From assembly GCA_963819215.1 (NCBI GenBank), contig CAWFVK010000001.1:114671-178670 (forward strand): a DNA stretch of 64,000 nucleotides. Reading direction: 5' to 3'. A program made the position numbers and the translations under genes. Each line of letters begins with the position of its first letter. Position 1 is the stretch's first letter. A model generated the notes under the pieces. That model was not told where the DNA came from and did not search any database. It worked only from the letters and a program-made list of their open reading frames with translations. The DNA comes from an uncultured Actinomycetota bacterium. Its GTDB lineage: Bacteria; Actinomycetota; Actinomycetes; Prado026. Shown in pieces: positions 41,684 to 53,570 of the stretch.

Positions 41684-43216
41684 TGGGCACGCCCGTGATC
41701 TCCGTCCCCGCTCGCACCGCTGCGAGCAAAGCTGTCCGCCATGGCGCCGTCACCGCCGTCGTCTGCCTCGCGCTGGCCGCCGTCACCGCCGCGATGTCCT
41801 CGCTCAACGTCGCGTTGCCCGACATCGCCCGCTCGACGCATGCCTCCCAGACCCAGCTGTCGTGGATCATCGACGCCTACTCGCTGACCTTCGCGGCGCT
41901 GCTGCTGCCCGGCGGTGCGCTCGGTGATCGCTACGGCCGCCGGCGGCTGCTGATCATCGGCCTCGCCGTGTTCGGCATCGGCTCGGCCGCCGCGATGATC
42001 GCCTCCGACGCCACCGTGCTGATCGGGCTGCGGGCGGTCATCGGTCTCGGTGCCGCGCTCGTCATGCCGGCGACGCTGTCGACGATCACCGGCACCTTCC
42101 CGCCCGCCCAGCGGGTCAAGGCCGTCAGCATCTGGGCCGGGGTCGCCGGCGGCGCGGCCGTGCTCGGTGTGGTGGTGTCCGGTGCACTGCTCGAGGTCTT
42201 CTCGTGGCGATCGGTGTTCGGCGTCAACGTCGCTCTCGGCGCTGCTCGCCCTGATCGGGACGCTTCATGATCGTGCCCGAGTCGGCCGACCAGGACGCCC
42301 CGCGGCTGGACGTCGCCGGCGCCGTGCTGTCGGTCGCGGGCCTGGTCGCGGTGGTGTACTCGATCATCGAGGCGCCGACGGCTGGCTGGCTCTCGGCCCG
42401 CACGATTGTCGGGTCTGGCTGCTCGGTGTGGCTCGTGCTGGTCGCGTTCGTGCTCGTCGAACTGCGCCACGCCGCACCCGATGCTCGACCCGCGGGTGTT
42501 CACCCACCGTCGACTGAGCGCCGGCAGCCTGTCGATCTTCATTCAGTTCTTCGTGTTCTACGGCTTCATCTTCCTGGTCCTGCAGTACCTGCAGCTCGTG
42601 CGCCGCGACTCGGCCCTGGTGGCAGCGGTCAGCATGCTGCCGATGGCGGTCACGATGATGCCGACGTCGCGGCTGGCACCCAAGCTCGCGGCCCGGTTCG
42701 GGTCCCGCGCGGTGTGCGTCGCCGGCCTGATCGGCATCGCCGCCGCGCTGGCGATCATCGCCCAGCTCGACGCCGACACGGCCGTACTGGCACCTCGCCG
42801 TTGGGCTGCTCGTTCTCGGCGTCGGGATGGGCGCCGCGATGACGCCGGCCACCAGCGCGATCACCAGCGCGCTGCCGAAGGCCGCAGCAGGGCGTCGCCT
42901 CGGCGATGAACGACCTGTCCCGCGAGGTCGGTGGCGCGCTCGGCATCGCCGTCCTCGGCAGCATCGCGACCGCCGTCTACCGCGGCCACCTCGCCTGCCC
43001 GGCCTGCCCACCGGCGTCGCCGACAAGGCGCGGGCCTCCTTCGCGGTCGCCGCCCACCTCGGGCGGCCCGGTCGCCGACCAGGCCAACTCGGCGTTCATC
43101 GACGGCTTCCGGATCGCGTTCCTGATCGCCGCCGGGGCCGCCGTCGTCGCCGCAATCGCCGTGGCGGCGCTGCTCCCCCGCCGCGACGCGCAGCCGATGA
43201 GACGGCGGCAGCGTGA
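41683..43216 (+). CDS. MFS transporter, DHA2 type (frameshifted)
   Basis: LNVALPDI, WIIDAYSL, GALGDRYGRRR, MPATLS, MNDLSREVGGALG. Confidence 0.88.
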
Positions 43217-46185
43217 TCAAGCACTCGGACGGGACGGACGCGCGGCCGGTCGAGCGGGCCGGCCGGCCTCGATATCGTCCGGAGGTGCGACTCTGCGACC
43301 TCGGCGCACTCTCGATCGACATCGACGGGCCACGAGCAGTCACCAGGCGGCAAGCGACCCGCTGCGGTCCTGGCCGTCCTGCTCGTCCACGCCAACCACC
43401 GGGTCTCCGTCGACGCCGTCGTCGACGCCGTGTGGGGCGATCGTGCGTCGGCCGGTTCGGCGTCGACGCTGGAGTCGCACGTGTGGCGGCTGCGGCGCGT
43501 CCTCGAACCCGACCGGCCGCCACGCGAACCGTCCAGCGTGCTGGTCAACCAGGCCGGCGGGTACCGACTGCTGGTCACACCCGAGCAGGTCGATTCGCTG
43601 CGCTTCGCCCAGCTCGCCGACGAGGTCGCCGACCTGATGACGACCGATCAACCCGAACGCGCGCTGCGCCGCTGTGACGAGGCGTTGCGCCTGTGGCGGG
43701 GGCGTCCGTACGGACCGCTCGGCCGACGAGCTGGGCCGCCGCGGCCGTCGCACGGCTGGAAGAGCAGCATCGCCAGATCCAGGAGCGCCGAATCGACGCC
43801 CTGCTGGCCACCGGGCAGGCCGAGCGGGCGCTCGCTGACGTCGAGGCGCTGATCCGCGAGATGCCGTACAACGAGCGCTGCGCGCCGCCAGCACATGCTG
43901 GCCCTCTACCGATGCGGACGGGCCGAGGACGCGCTCAACGCCTATCTCGCCGCCGGGCAGCCCTGCTCGACGAGGTCGGTATCGAGCCCGGCGCCGAGCT
44001 CCAGGACCTGCAGCGCCGGATACTCGAACAGGATCCGACCCTCGCGGCAGGACCACGCGAGCCCGCGCCCGTGCCAGCGTCGAGGTGCACCTCCCGGCGC
44101 GGACTTCAGAGCTACTCGGACGCGAGCGAGAACTGGCTGAGCTCAACCGGCTGCTGGCCGAACCAGCGGTTGATCACGCTGGTCGGACCGGCCGGCGCGG
44201 GAAAGACCCGTCTGGGGCTCGAGGCCGCGGCTGGCTCGGCGGCGTCTGTTTCGGGACGGGGTCTGGTTCGCCGACCTTGCCGCGATCGCCGACCCGGTGC
44301 TGATCGTCGCGACCGTGATGTCGATGATCGGACTGCAGCCACCGCCGGTCGGCAGCTCGCTCGACGCGCTGACCGCTCATCTGCACGGGCGGGCCGCGCT
44401 GCTCGTGCTGGACAACTGCGAACACCTCATGCCGCAGATCAGCGCAGGTGGCGTCCACGCTGGCCGGCGGCGACGGCGAGGTCTCGATCATGGCGACCAG
44501 CCGAGAGCCACTCGGGCTGGCCGGTGAGCGGATCGTCAGTGTTGAACCGCTTGCGCTCGAGCGGCCCGATGGGACGACTGAGTCCTCGCCCGCGATCGAG
44601 TTGTTCCTTCGGCGCGTCCAGGACGCCGCCCCGGCGCGGCTGGCGTCGTTGTCTCCCGAGGCGGCACGCGAGCTGGCGGCCCAGATCTGTACGGCCGTTG
44701 ACGGGTTGCCGCTTGCGATCGAGCTCGCTGCTGCCCGGGCGCAGGCGTACTCGCTGGCCGAGATCGCCGAGCAGGTGCAAGCCGACCCGAGCCGCCTTTC
44801 TCGTCCGGCCGGCGGGCCGGCGAACGCGGCAGCTCGTTGCGCGCCGCCCTGGACTGGAGCGAGCGCCTCCTCAGCGAGCCGGAGCGCCAGCTGCACCGTA
44901 ATCTCACGCGTGCTTCCCGGACCGTTCACCGCCGCCGCGGCTGCCGGTGTCTCGGATCCCTCGGACTGGAACGATCGAGACATCGAGCCGCCGATCTCAT
45001 TCCGCTGCTTGTCGAACGGTCGCTGCTGGTCGCCGCTGCCACCGATCCGACCGGACGGGCCTTCGCTGTTCCGCCAGCTCGCGACCGTTCGGGCGCACGC
45101 GATGCGCGGATTGGTTGACGCTGACGACGTAACGCGCCAACAAGATCGGCGCCGCGCCTGGGTACTGGCCCGGACCGATCGTGGGCCGGCGTTCGGATCG
45201 TTCGCGGAAGCGGGCTGGTTCAACGCGATCGACGATGACCTCGCCGCGGTCCGCGGAGTTCTCGAGGACGAGTTCCGTCCGCGCCATCAACCATCCGGCC
45301 CACTGGCCGACGACGTCGTCCGCGGCCGGTGTCGTCATCACCAGTCGGCTGCTCGACTACTGGTACTACCGATCACAGACGGCCGACGCCGCCGGGTGGC
45401 TCGACCTGGTGACGCAGGCATTGCGGCAAGGCCTGCTGATCGCCCGGGTGGACGAACTGCTTGCACTGGCTGCGATCGCGTCGATTCGCGCGCTGCAGGG
45501 ACGGACCGATCTGGCCACACCGTTCATCGACCGTGCGCTCGCGATGGTGGGCGACGTGCCAGCGAGCCGGCGCCTGGAGGTCGGCCACGCCCTCGGGCGG
45601 CTGGCCTCGGCCGTGTGGTCGACCGACGATCTTGAACTTCTCGGACGAATCCATCGAGCCATGGCGACGCTCGCCGACGACGCCGGTGACGACGGCCTCG
45701 CGGTCTTCAGCGATGCCATCGACTGCCTGCTGGCCATGCCGAGCACGGCCCCCGAAGCCACCGAGCGGCGCGCCACCGACCTCTACGCCCGAGCGATGCG
45801 GTCGATCACGCCTTCGCGGCCTGGACCGCCGCCGGCGCCTGCAGCGTGGCGGCAATACAGCAGGGGCGGCCCAGCCGAAGGCCTGCAGTGGACCGACCGA
45901 ATCATCGACATTCATTGGCGGCTCGGTACGCGGCGTGGTGGCTGGTACCTCGAGACCCGAGCCAACCTGACCTCGCTGGCCGGGAACTACGAGCAGGCCG
46001 CGGCATTGTTCGCCGCCGCCCGGGCGCACAACAAGCGTGGCGGCATCGCGTGGCCCCGGCGTGATTTCACCACGGATCTGCAGAACCGCACAGCCGAAGC
46101 GTTGGGTGAGGAGCGGTTCGCCCGGGCGTGGCGTCGCGGCGAGCAATGGTCGTTGGCGGACGTCCGGCAGGCAGGCCTCACGTGA
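43213..46185 (+). CDS. AfsR/SARP family regulator (wHTH-BTAD-ATPase-helical; frameshifted)
   Basis: LESHVWRLRR, ALRLWRG, MLALYRCGR, GIEPGAELQ, Walker A GPAGAGKT, LVLDNCEH, DGLPLAIELAAA. Confidence 0.85.
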
Positions 46186-46900
46186 GGTCCCCCGCGCGTG
46201 GATCCTGTTGCATGGCACGCCGCTGGACCCTGGCGTCTGGACCGACGTCGTGCCGTTCCTCAGCGAACACCAGCCGGTGCACGCGCCCGACGTGACGCCA
46301 CGCGCCGCCGATCGCCTTCCCCAGCTGGCCATCGCTGAACGTCTGGTGGGCGAGCTGGCCGCCGTCGCCGATCGATGGGACGTGGTCGGTCATTCGTTCG
46401 GCGGTCAGATCGCCATCGAGCTGGCGCTCCTCGCGCCAGAACGCGTCGCCACGCTCGCCGTTATCTGCAGCCGAGACACCCCCTTCCCACCGTTCGCTCA
46501 GACGGCCACCGAACTGCGTGCGGGGGTTCCCGTCGACGTCGATGGTGCGCTGGCGCGGTGGTTCCGTCCGGATGAGCGGCAGTCAAGCGATGGTCTGGTC
46601 ACGCATGCCCGCCAGTGTTTGATGCACGCCGATCGTGCGACCTGGGCCGCCGCCTTGGACGGAATAGCGAGCTATGACCGCGCCGAGCTCATGGGTCGGA
46701 TCCAGGTACCCACGCTTTTGATCTGCGCCGCGCTCGACACGGTGTCCGCTCCGGCGGCGATGACCGCACTCGCTCAACGCCTGCCGAATTCCGATCTGCA
46801 GGTCCTCCCGGACGCCGCCCACCTCTCGCCCCTTCTGCATCCGAGATCTCTTGCCGACCGACTCACCCGTCATCAAACGAGCAGGCCGACAACCCAGTGA
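46182..46900 (+). CDS. Alpha/beta hydrolase (PcaD-like fold)
   Basis: LLHG, nucleophile GHSFGG, PTLLI...D, AAH. Confidence 0.85.
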
Positions 46901-46913
46901 CAACAGACTCGTT

Positions 46914-47219
46914 CTAACTCGTCGGCCGGGCCGGATAGCTTCCGACCACCGTGGCGTCGGCCGCGTCGGTCCTTCGATGCACCGCTCGGCTATACCTGCC
47001 TGGAAGGCCGCGAAGGCTGCTGACCGCGCGAGCGGGTTGTCGTCGGAGTCGTAGGTCACGACGTGGATGAAGTCCTGGCCGTCGCCAGGCGCAGGACGGC
47101 GTACCGAAAGCCTTCGGGTCGGTCCTCCGCCAGCTCCGCGAAGACCGCGCGGATGAGGCTTCGTTCTCCTCTGCCGCGTCGGGCGCCGTGGTGTACCGGA
47201 TGACCTTGGTCGTGGACAT
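46914..47219 (-). CDS. Small hypothetical protein (ABM-like; frameshifted)
   Basis: VIRYTT...AVFAELA...GFRYAV...FIHV...AFAAFQAGI across frames; AGGAG RBS. Confidence 0.6.
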   Translation of the reverse strand: MSTTKVIRYTTAPDAAEENEASSARSSRSWRRTDPKAFGTPSCAWRRPGLHPRRDLRLRRQPARAVSSLRGLPGRYSRAVHRRTDAADATVVGSYPARPTS

Positions 47220-47256
47220 GGCGGTCTTCTCCTCGGTCGCAGACGTGCGGGTAGGG

Positions 47257-47666
47257 CTAGCTCTGCGAATGGCACGCATGCTGTTGTTGCGGGCGTCATG
47301 GGTGAGCTCGGCCAGGCCGAGCTCCTCCAGCAGCGGCGGGAGGTACATGCCGAAGCGGCCGCGATATCCGTTGCGAAGGCCGTACCAGCCACCGACAGGG
47401 TTGTCCGGTGAGCGGCCCCAGCTCTCCACGGTTCCATCGGCGGCCGGCTTCTTCTCGTCGGCCGCGCCGAGCGGAACCCAGTCGCCCTGTTCCAGCAGCC
47501 AGGCGTGCAGATCGTCGATGGCTCGCAGCTGGTATTTCAGCGTGGTCGACCCGACCTGGCACACCAGCGTCGGCGGCTCCGCGCTCTCGTCCCGGTACAT
47601 CGTGTAGCTCGACGAGCCCGGTGGGGTTGTGAGCTCCCACGGGTCTTCCTTGTGCCCTTCGGCCAT
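47257..47666 (-). CDS. DUF6855-type conserved protein
   Basis: DPWELTTPPG, CQVGST, WGRSPDNPVGGWYGLR.GYRGRFGMY, NNSMRA. Confidence 0.72.
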
Positions 47667-48145
47667 CAGACTGATCTCCCTTCGAGACTGCTGCGCGGTA
47701 ATGCGGGAGCACCGCATCCCAGCCGGCGCGGTTGCGTCACGCCATGGGTCGCCGGACGCGTCGATGCGCTGCCAGCCGCCGGTGCTCGATCTCGACCCGG
47801 GTCCGGCTCGGACCCTGTTCGGAGAACCGGATGTCCACGTCGGTGGCGTCGACCGGGTCGCGCATCAGGTGCCAGCGGTAGCCCAGCCGGTGGGGCGGTT
47901 CCCACGCCGTGACCTCGCCCCAGGCATGTTCGGTCGCCCTCGGCGGTCCGCTCGAAGATCCGGCCGCCGCTGTCGCGGTTCGATCACGATCTGTGCATCC
48001 GGCTCGTCCGCTGACCGTGTGATCGGACGGCCACCAGCTGCTCGTCCGCGAGGTCCAGACCGCGAAGGCGTGGTCGACGGGGCATTCGACGTCAAAGGCC
48101 ATAGGTCAACGGCGCGACCGGCCTCGGCCCGCTCGTCGCGGTCAC
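47666..48145 (-). CDS. SRPBCC/AHSA1 domain protein (frameshifted)
   Basis: HAFAVWT..SWWP, WGEVTAWEPPHRL, TRVEIEH, GW. Confidence 0.8.
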
Positions 48146-48491
48146 TCCCCTGCCGCCTTGGTGTTCTCGGCGAGCAGCGTGAACCGTGCTGCCGCATCGC
48201 CCCAGACGCTTTCCAGGTAGAGCGCGAATCGCTTGCAGCCCCTGCTCTTGCAGGTGGTAGATCCGGCGGGTGCCGTCGGCGTGCTCGTCGACCAAGCCCG
48301 CGTCCTTCAGCAGGCGCAGGTGCCGGGACACCGCCGGCCGGCTGATCGGCATGCCGGCTGCGATCTCCGTCACCGGCAGGTCGCCCGCACTGAGCAGGCG
48401 CAGGATCTCCCGGCGATTCGGGTCGCCGAGCGCCTCGAAGGGATCGCCGGCGGCTGCGCCGTCGCTGACAGCGCGGAGGCGCGTCGGCCAT
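48142..48491 (-). CDS. ArsR/SmtB family regulator (frameshifted)
   Basis: FEALGDPNRREIL, ISRPAVSRHLRLLKDAGLV, GTRRIY. Confidence 0.85.
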
Positions 48492-48508
48492 GCGAACCTC
48501 CCAGACTC

Positions 48509-48542
48509 GGTAACCGTCTCGTTACCGTAACAGATGAGTTAC
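48509..48542. promoter_or_regulatory. Two adjacent GTAAC-N6-GTTAC palindromes (probable ArsR operator)
   Basis: GGTAACcgtctcGTTACC (48509-48526) and GTAACagatgaGTTAC (48527-48542) just upstream of the ArsR start. Confidence 0.72.
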
Positions 48543-48559
48543 CCATGCCGAGATCCACA

Positions 48560-49145
48560 TCCAGCTGGGCACGGCGGGTCCCAAGGCCTACCGGCAGATC
48601 GCTCGCCGTGGAATGTCAACGACGAGAGCAGGCCTACAGGTCGGACCCGGATCAGTGGGAGCAAGTGCGGCTGGAGATCGAGGACCTCGTCAACGGCGTC
48701 TGCAACCAAGAGCGGTTTCTCCAGATCCAGCAGGACTTCGTCGCCTTCGACCAGGGCGCGGACGGCTACGCCAAGCGGATCGCCAGGCCGCACCAGTACT
48801 TCGCTGTCACCAAGGCGTTCGGCTCGACGGTGCTCGCCGTCGAGTCCAACGGTAAGGCCGGGGTCGTGTGGCACACCCAGGGTTCCGGCAAGTCGATGGA
48901 GATGGAGCTCTACGCTCACGCCGTTGCTCGGCAGCCGAAGCTGAAGGACCCGACGCTCGTGGTCAGTCACCGACCGCACCGAGCTCGACAGTCAGCTCTT
49001 CGAGGCGTTCAACCGGTCGCAACTGAAGACGACCTCGACGCCGCCGCTGACGAAGCGGTGACCGGTCTCGACCAGGTCCAGCGTGGGCGCATCGGGGCCG
49101 AGTACACCGTGTCCGACCAGGCCAACAAGCCAGTCGGATTCGGTA
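48560..49145 (+). pseudogene. hsdR: Type I restriction endonuclease subunit R remnant
   Basis: HQYFAV, GVVWHTQGSGKS, PTLVVVTDRTELDSQLF; only ~190 codons, no start, no hsdM/S. Confidence 0.82.
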
Positions 49146-49161
49146 TAGCTCGAGCGTGTTT

Positions 49162-50349
49162 TCATCCTCGACGACCGGCCCGTGCTGCGAAGTCGTCAAG
49201 CGCGTCGAGCACCTCCCGGGACTGCCACATCCGGTTGCGGGCGAAGCCGGTGAACTCCTCCAGGATGTCCGCCTCCGCGAGTGGCGTGATGGCGCGCAGC
49301 GCGTTTTGAGGGGTGACGCCGAGTTCGCGCGCCACAGTCGGTGTGTCGATGACTGGCTGGCGAAGCAGGACGTCGGCCAGCTGCCAGGCCGTCGCTCCTC
49401 GCCGGGCCTTGATCTTGTCGTCCCAACCTTGCCGGATCTCTCTGAGGTCGAGCACCAGCTGGCGACCGTTGGCCGCCGCCGCGAAGGACGCGTTCGCCAG
49501 CTTCTCGACGATCGGGGCGGGGTCGCCCTCGCGGTACGCGGTCAAGGCGTCGAAGTACCCGTTGGTGTCAGTCAGCAGGCCGGCTGACACGGGCACCGTG
49601 ACGTTCCTGGTCAGCCCGTGACCGCGCAGCATCGCGTGGATGAGCGCCCGGCCGGTGCGGCCGTTCCCGTCCGGGAAGGGATGGATGGTCTCGAACTGGG
49701 CATGAGCGATCGCGGCCTGGCTGAGCAACGGCAGGTCCGCGCGCCGGGTGAACTTGACCAGGTCAGCCATCAGGGCAGGCACGTGGTCGTGATGAGGCGG
49801 GATGAACGCGGCTCCGTGCGGTCCGAACGAGTCGCCGCCGATCCACACCTGTTCCTCGCGCCAGCGGCCGGCGATCTCGGGCTGGACATCCGCCAGCAGG
49901 GCCGCATGCATGGCCAGGATGGCGTCTTCATCGAGACGGTCGGCGAGGGCGAGCGCGGCGACCATGGCCGCGACGTTGCCGACGATCTCCGTTGCGTTGC
50001 GTTTGTCCTTGCTTCCAAGCTCGGCCAGCGCGATCGACTTCGCACCCGACGTCAGGTTCTCGATCTTGGAGGACGATGCCGACTCCGACCGCAGCAACAC
50101 CGAGGCGAACGGAGCGACCTCAGCACCCAACTCCGCGTCGAACCGGGCGATCTCGACCGACGCATCTTCGGCGAGCGTCGCGACGTCAGCCGGCAGCGTA
50201 AGCACCTGGTCAGCGATCTCCGGGACGAGGGCCGCCCGGTACGGGCCAGAATGCCGCTGGCGGACCCGCGCCGACACCAGGTCCGGCGAGATCTTCGATT
50301 GCCAGGCCCGCTCTTCCGTGCCGAGAGCCGGCCACGACCCTGAAACCAT
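49162..50349 (-). CDS. Fic family protein with internal inhibitory motif and C-terminal wHTH
   Basis: HPFPDGNGRTGR; SSKIEN matches (S/T)xxxE(G/N). Confidence 0.93.
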   Translation of the reverse strand: MVSGSWPALGTEERAWQSKISPDLVSARVRQRHSGPYRAALVPEIADQVLTLPADVATLAEDASVEIARFDAELGAEVAPFASVLLRSESASSSKIENLTSGAKSIALAELGSKDKRNATEIVGNVAAMVAALALADRLDEDAILAMHAALLADVQPEIAGRWREEQVWIGGDSFGPHGAAFIPPHHDHVPALMADLVKFTRRADLPLLSQAAIAHAQFETIHPFPDGNGRTGRALIHAMLRGHGLTRNVTVPVSAGLLTDTNGYFDALTAYREGDPAPIVEKLANASFAAAANGRQLVLDLREIRQGWDDKIKARRGATAWQLADVLLRQPVIDTPTVARELGVTPQNALRAITPLAEADILEEFTGFARNRMWQSREVLDALDDFAARAGRRG

Positions 50350-50398
50350 GCCGCAATCATACGCTCAGAAGATAGCTAAATGAAACTATGGGCACACT

Positions 50399-51213
50399 CT
50401 AAGTCCGAGTTGTGGTCCGACCGGCGGGGGAGACCCCCACACTGCCAGGGCGATAGGCCACCACAGCGGTTGCGTGGAGCTCCTCGTCCGTGACCACCTC
50501 AGCGAGCAAGCCCGCCTGCTCGAAGATCCGCACCGTCTCGCCGGACTGACGTTCGCTCGTCTCGATGAGCAGCAGGCCGTCCGGACGCAAGCCAGTCCAG
50601 GGCGTCCGCTGCCACCCGGCGATGGAAGTCCAGCCCGTCCGGACCGCCATCGAGGGCCACCCGGTGCTCGTGGTCGCGAGCCTCGGGCGGCATCAGCGCG
50701 ATCGCTTCGGTCGGGACGTACGGCGCATTCACCACCAGCAGGTCCACTCGCCCGCGAAGCGACAACGGCAGGGCGGCGTACAGGTCGCCCTCGTAGACCG
50801 AGCCGCCCACCGGTTCGACGTTGCGGCGAGCGCAGTGCACCGCCGCCGGGTCCACATCCGCGGCATGCAGCTCGACGTGCTCCAAGCGGCGAGCCAGCGC
50901 GACGCCGATCGCTCCCGATCCGCAGCAGAGATCGACCACGACGACGGCGGCTGGCCGTCGCGCAACGGCCAGCCGACACGAGAAGCTCGCTGCGACGCCG
51001 AGGCACGAACACCCCCGGCTCCACGAAGATCCGCAGACCGCAGAACTCGGCCCAGCCAAGGATCTGCTCCAGCGGTAGCCCGCCCACACGCTGATCGACC
51101 ATCGACTCGAGCAGAGCCGGCGAGTCCGCACCGTCGATCAGCAGCCGAGCCTCGTCCTCGGCGAACACGCATCCAGCCAGCCGAAGCCGCCGAACGATCG
51201 CTTCCTCGTCCAC
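50399..51213 (-). CDS. PrmC/HemK-like SAM-dependent methyltransferase (frameshifted)
   Basis: LRLAGCVFAEDEA, PLEQILGW, VFVPRRRS, DLCCGSGA, NAPYV, ALDGGPDGL. Confidence 0.85.
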
Positions 51214-51224
51214 GCACGGGCCCG

Positions 51225-53480
51225 CTAGCGCCGGGACTGCGACGACCGAGCGGCTTCCGCGGCCTCCGCCGGACCGCGATGCCCGGCGCGCACGTGGTGG
51301 TGGCCCGAACTCGAGCAGCAGCATGGTCGACGAGGATCCACAACGCCTCGACCGGCTTGAGCACGACGAAGCGCTGCGCGTCGAAGGCGTGGTACTTCCG
51401 CAGGTACCGGTGGAGGCCCTTGAGGTCGATGAACGGGCGCAGCAACCAGACGCCCGCGAGCGAGAACCGATCACCGAGCGATCCGTCGCCGACGCGCAAA
51501 CAGCTCCGGAAACGGCGCGAAGGCCAACGACACGCGCCGGCCGCCTCGCTCCCGGGCCCAGTCGACCACCGCGAGCATCATCAGTTCCTCGGTCCCGTTC
51601 GGGGCGGAGCGCCCGCGCCAAGGGACATCGAGCGAGAGCTCGCGCCCCTGGTCTGCTGACGCGAAACGCGCGACCGCGACCACCGCACCTGCGCGGTCCG
51701 TCGCCACGGCGACCAGCGTGCCCGGGTGGGTGGCGTCCAGCGGATGGTCGAGGATCATCGAGAAGCCACGCGCCGCCTTGATCGAGCCCGCGAACGCCAT
51801 CAGCCGGTCGCGCTCCGGCCCGGCGAGGTCCTGCTCCAGCACGACCGCCACCTGAACCCCGGCGTTCCGAGCCCGTTGCGCAGCCTGGCGAAGGTTCCGG
51901 TACTGCCGCCCCACCAGCTCCAGCTCGTCGACGTGCAGCACGACGTCGCGCCCGATCGGCACCGCGCGCAGACCGAACCGGCGCCAGCGCTGCGGGTGGG
52001 CCGTCCCTAGCCCGGCGACCCGGAAACCCTGACCGAGCGACGTCCTGACGAACGCCTCCAGCGCCGCCGCCGCCTGCGTCGGGTCACCGACTGGGTCACC
52101 GGCAACCACCGCCGTGCCGAGCCCGACCCGGTAGGCGACCGCGGCCCCGCCGTCCGGGCTGAACGCGTAGCTGAGGTCGGTGCGCTGGCTGAACGGCGCC
52201 AGCGGATCGGTGGATGTCTGCATGACGAGCTCCGACACCGCGGCACGCTCGTGCGCCGAGCCGGGAGCCGGAGCCGGCGGCGGCAGCACGAGCACCAGCC
52301 CGGCCAGTGCCAGGTTGAGCCAGACCCACGACCCGGCGCCCACCCAGACCTCGACGCCGCCCAGGACCAGCAGCACCACCGCCAGCGCTAAGCGACGCGA
52401 CAGAATCCGCCGACGCAGAGCGAGCCCGCGGGCCACAAACGCAAGACCCACCACGAGCCCGGCCCCCGCGATGGTGCGCACGCCCACCGACGAGCTGAGC
52501 GTCACCAGCAGCCAGACCACTGACCCGAGCACGAGCACCCAGCCCGCTGCGGCCAGCGGGCGTCGCACCGGCAGCAGGCGCGGGACCGCCGCGACGTGCG
52601 CGGCATAGTCCGGCCGCCGCACGAGGTTGCGCTCCTCCATCAACGGGATGCTCGCCGCGACGAACAGCAGCACCATCACGAGCGGGCCGATCACCGTCCA
52701 CCACCAGGATGGCGCGGCTGCAAGGCCGAACAGCCAGAGCCCCCACCAGAAGGTGATCTCGCCGAGGTAGTTGGGGTGCCGGGACCACGACCACACCCCG
52801 GTCGCGAGGGTCGAGCCGTGGTTCGCCGGATCGGCGGCGAAGGCCCGGCGCTGGTGGTCCGCGAGGCTCTCCAGCGCGACCCCACCGAACGTGACCAACG
52901 CCGCCACGGCGTCGAGCGGGCCCAGCGAGTGCCTCGGCGCACCGAGCGCAGGCCAGAGTGACAGCATCGCCACGAAGACCACGAGCGTCGGCATGAGCTG
53001 GATGCCACCCAGGTTCACCACCCACCAGGGCACCCGGCCGGCCGTCTTTTCGCGCAGGTCGCGGTAGCGCCAGTCCTCGTGGCTCATCCCCTGCCAGCCG
53101 AGCGCCCAGTTGCTGGTCAGCCGCACGCCCCACCACAGCACCAGCAGGACGACGACGCCCTGGCGGACTCGCGCGCCGTCAAGGTCGGGAACCGGGTCCG
53201 CGAGCACGAGGAACACCGCGACGACCGGCGGCACCACGCTCCAGTACGGGTCGTACAGGCTGGAGTTCCCGACCACCATGGAGAGCGCGAACACCACGAG
53301 CGTTGCGGCGAGGTCGGCGGCGAGCACCCCGGTGAGCCGAGCATGGTCGTGCACCCGGAGCAGGGCCACCCCGGCGCCAGCGGCGGCGAGCAGGTAGCAG
53401 CCGGCCACTGCGACGAACGAGGCCGACCGGGAGAGATGTGCGAACGCCCGCCCGGTGTCGAGTGCATCGTGACCCTCCAC
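51225..53480 (-). CDS. Fusion of a DUF1295 membrane domain and a LysX/MprF-like (DUF2156) aminoacyltransferase domain; 3' frameshifts
   Basis: N-half YDPYWS, HEDWRY, LADHQ, WSWSRHPNYLGEITFWW; C-half TDPLAPF..RTD..YAF, AVVAGDPVG, RNLRQA, RGFSM, APNG, SLAFAPF, LHRYLRKY. Confidence 0.75.
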
Positions 53481-53570
53481 AGCCTCCACCGTACCGAGCG
53501 GATCACTGAACGAGCACTGGGGTTTGGCCCGTCGGGACGAGGGGCGACGCGACGGCGCAGGCAGGTACGG

